A stretch of DNA of 20,206 nucleotides from Octopus sinensis (lineage: Eukaryota): NCBI RefSeq assembly GCF_006345805.1, contig NW_021824760.1, forward strand, positions 1-20,206, written 5' to 3'. Position 1 is the first letter of the stretch. Every line of letters starts with the position of its first letter. This document shows, one piece after another, positions 20,033 through 20,206 of this stretch. Both the position numbers and the translations under genes were made by a program. Under the pieces are notes generated by a model. The model had not been told where the DNA came from and ran no database searches. It saw only the letters and a list, made by a program, of their open reading frames with translations.

Positions 20033-20036
<4 letters not shown>
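19871..20036 (+). mobile_element. Probable Penelope-like terminal-repeat fragment with half a hammerhead core
   Basis: Pyrimidine-rich, CpG-retaining segment containing CCGACGA-A-GAGC-TCC (19944-19958) with no downstream GAAAC; class assignment is inference. Confidence 0.35.
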
Positions 20037-20068
<32 letters not shown>

Positions 20069-20074
20069 TACACA

Positions 20075-20206
20075 CATCATCATCATCATTGTTTAATGTC
20101 CATTTTCCATGTTGGATGGTCTGACTAAGGACTGGTGAGCCAGAGGCTGCACCAGGCTCAATCTGATCTGGCAATGTTTCTACAGCTGGATGCCCTTCCT
20201 AATGTG
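20075..20206 (-). mobile_element. 3' end of a retroposon (SINE or LINE) with (TGA)n tail, cut by the window edge
   Basis: catcatcatcatcattgtttaatgtcc...gctggatgcccttcctaa; tandem tail on the minus strand. The ggatgcccttcc motif is recalled from RTE-tailed retroposons. Confidence 0.6.

Noticed and set aside
513-20174. Most ORFs in the supplied track (C/V/Y/I/H/T-rich, poly-I, poly-D, poly-M)
   Set aside because: They are translations of di- and trinucleotide repeats, are open in several frames and on both strands at once, and have no recognisable domain.

Overview
AT-rich eukaryotic DNA made up almost entirely of microsatellites and transposon fragments. The repeat landscape (tRNA-derived SINEs, very high TA/CA/AAT/GAT microsatellite density) most resembles an octopus or other coleoid intron or intergenic region; this taxon call is inferred from recalled repeat patterns, not from a search. 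There is no intact protein-coding gene, and nearly all listed ORFs are simple-repeat artefacts. Supported content: three SINE families (my labels A, B, C), often nested; decayed coding fragments of an RLE-type (R4/Dong-like) LINE, a CR1-like LINE, an RTE LINE and a Tc1 transposase; a TTAA-flanked MITE; a Helentron/HINE-like element; and a 16-bp minisatellite with a 304-bp higher-order repeat. The most interesting signal is a pair of same-strand type-I hammerhead-ribozyme motifs (1635-1713 and 2085-2134) with palindromic stem III, as in Penelope-like elements and retrozymes. Their cleavage sites lie 120 nt apart once a TSD-flanked SINE between them is removed. Weaker hammerhead remnants occur at 3108 and 19944. 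A candidate 33-nt frame-preserving micro-exon lies at 6654-6686.
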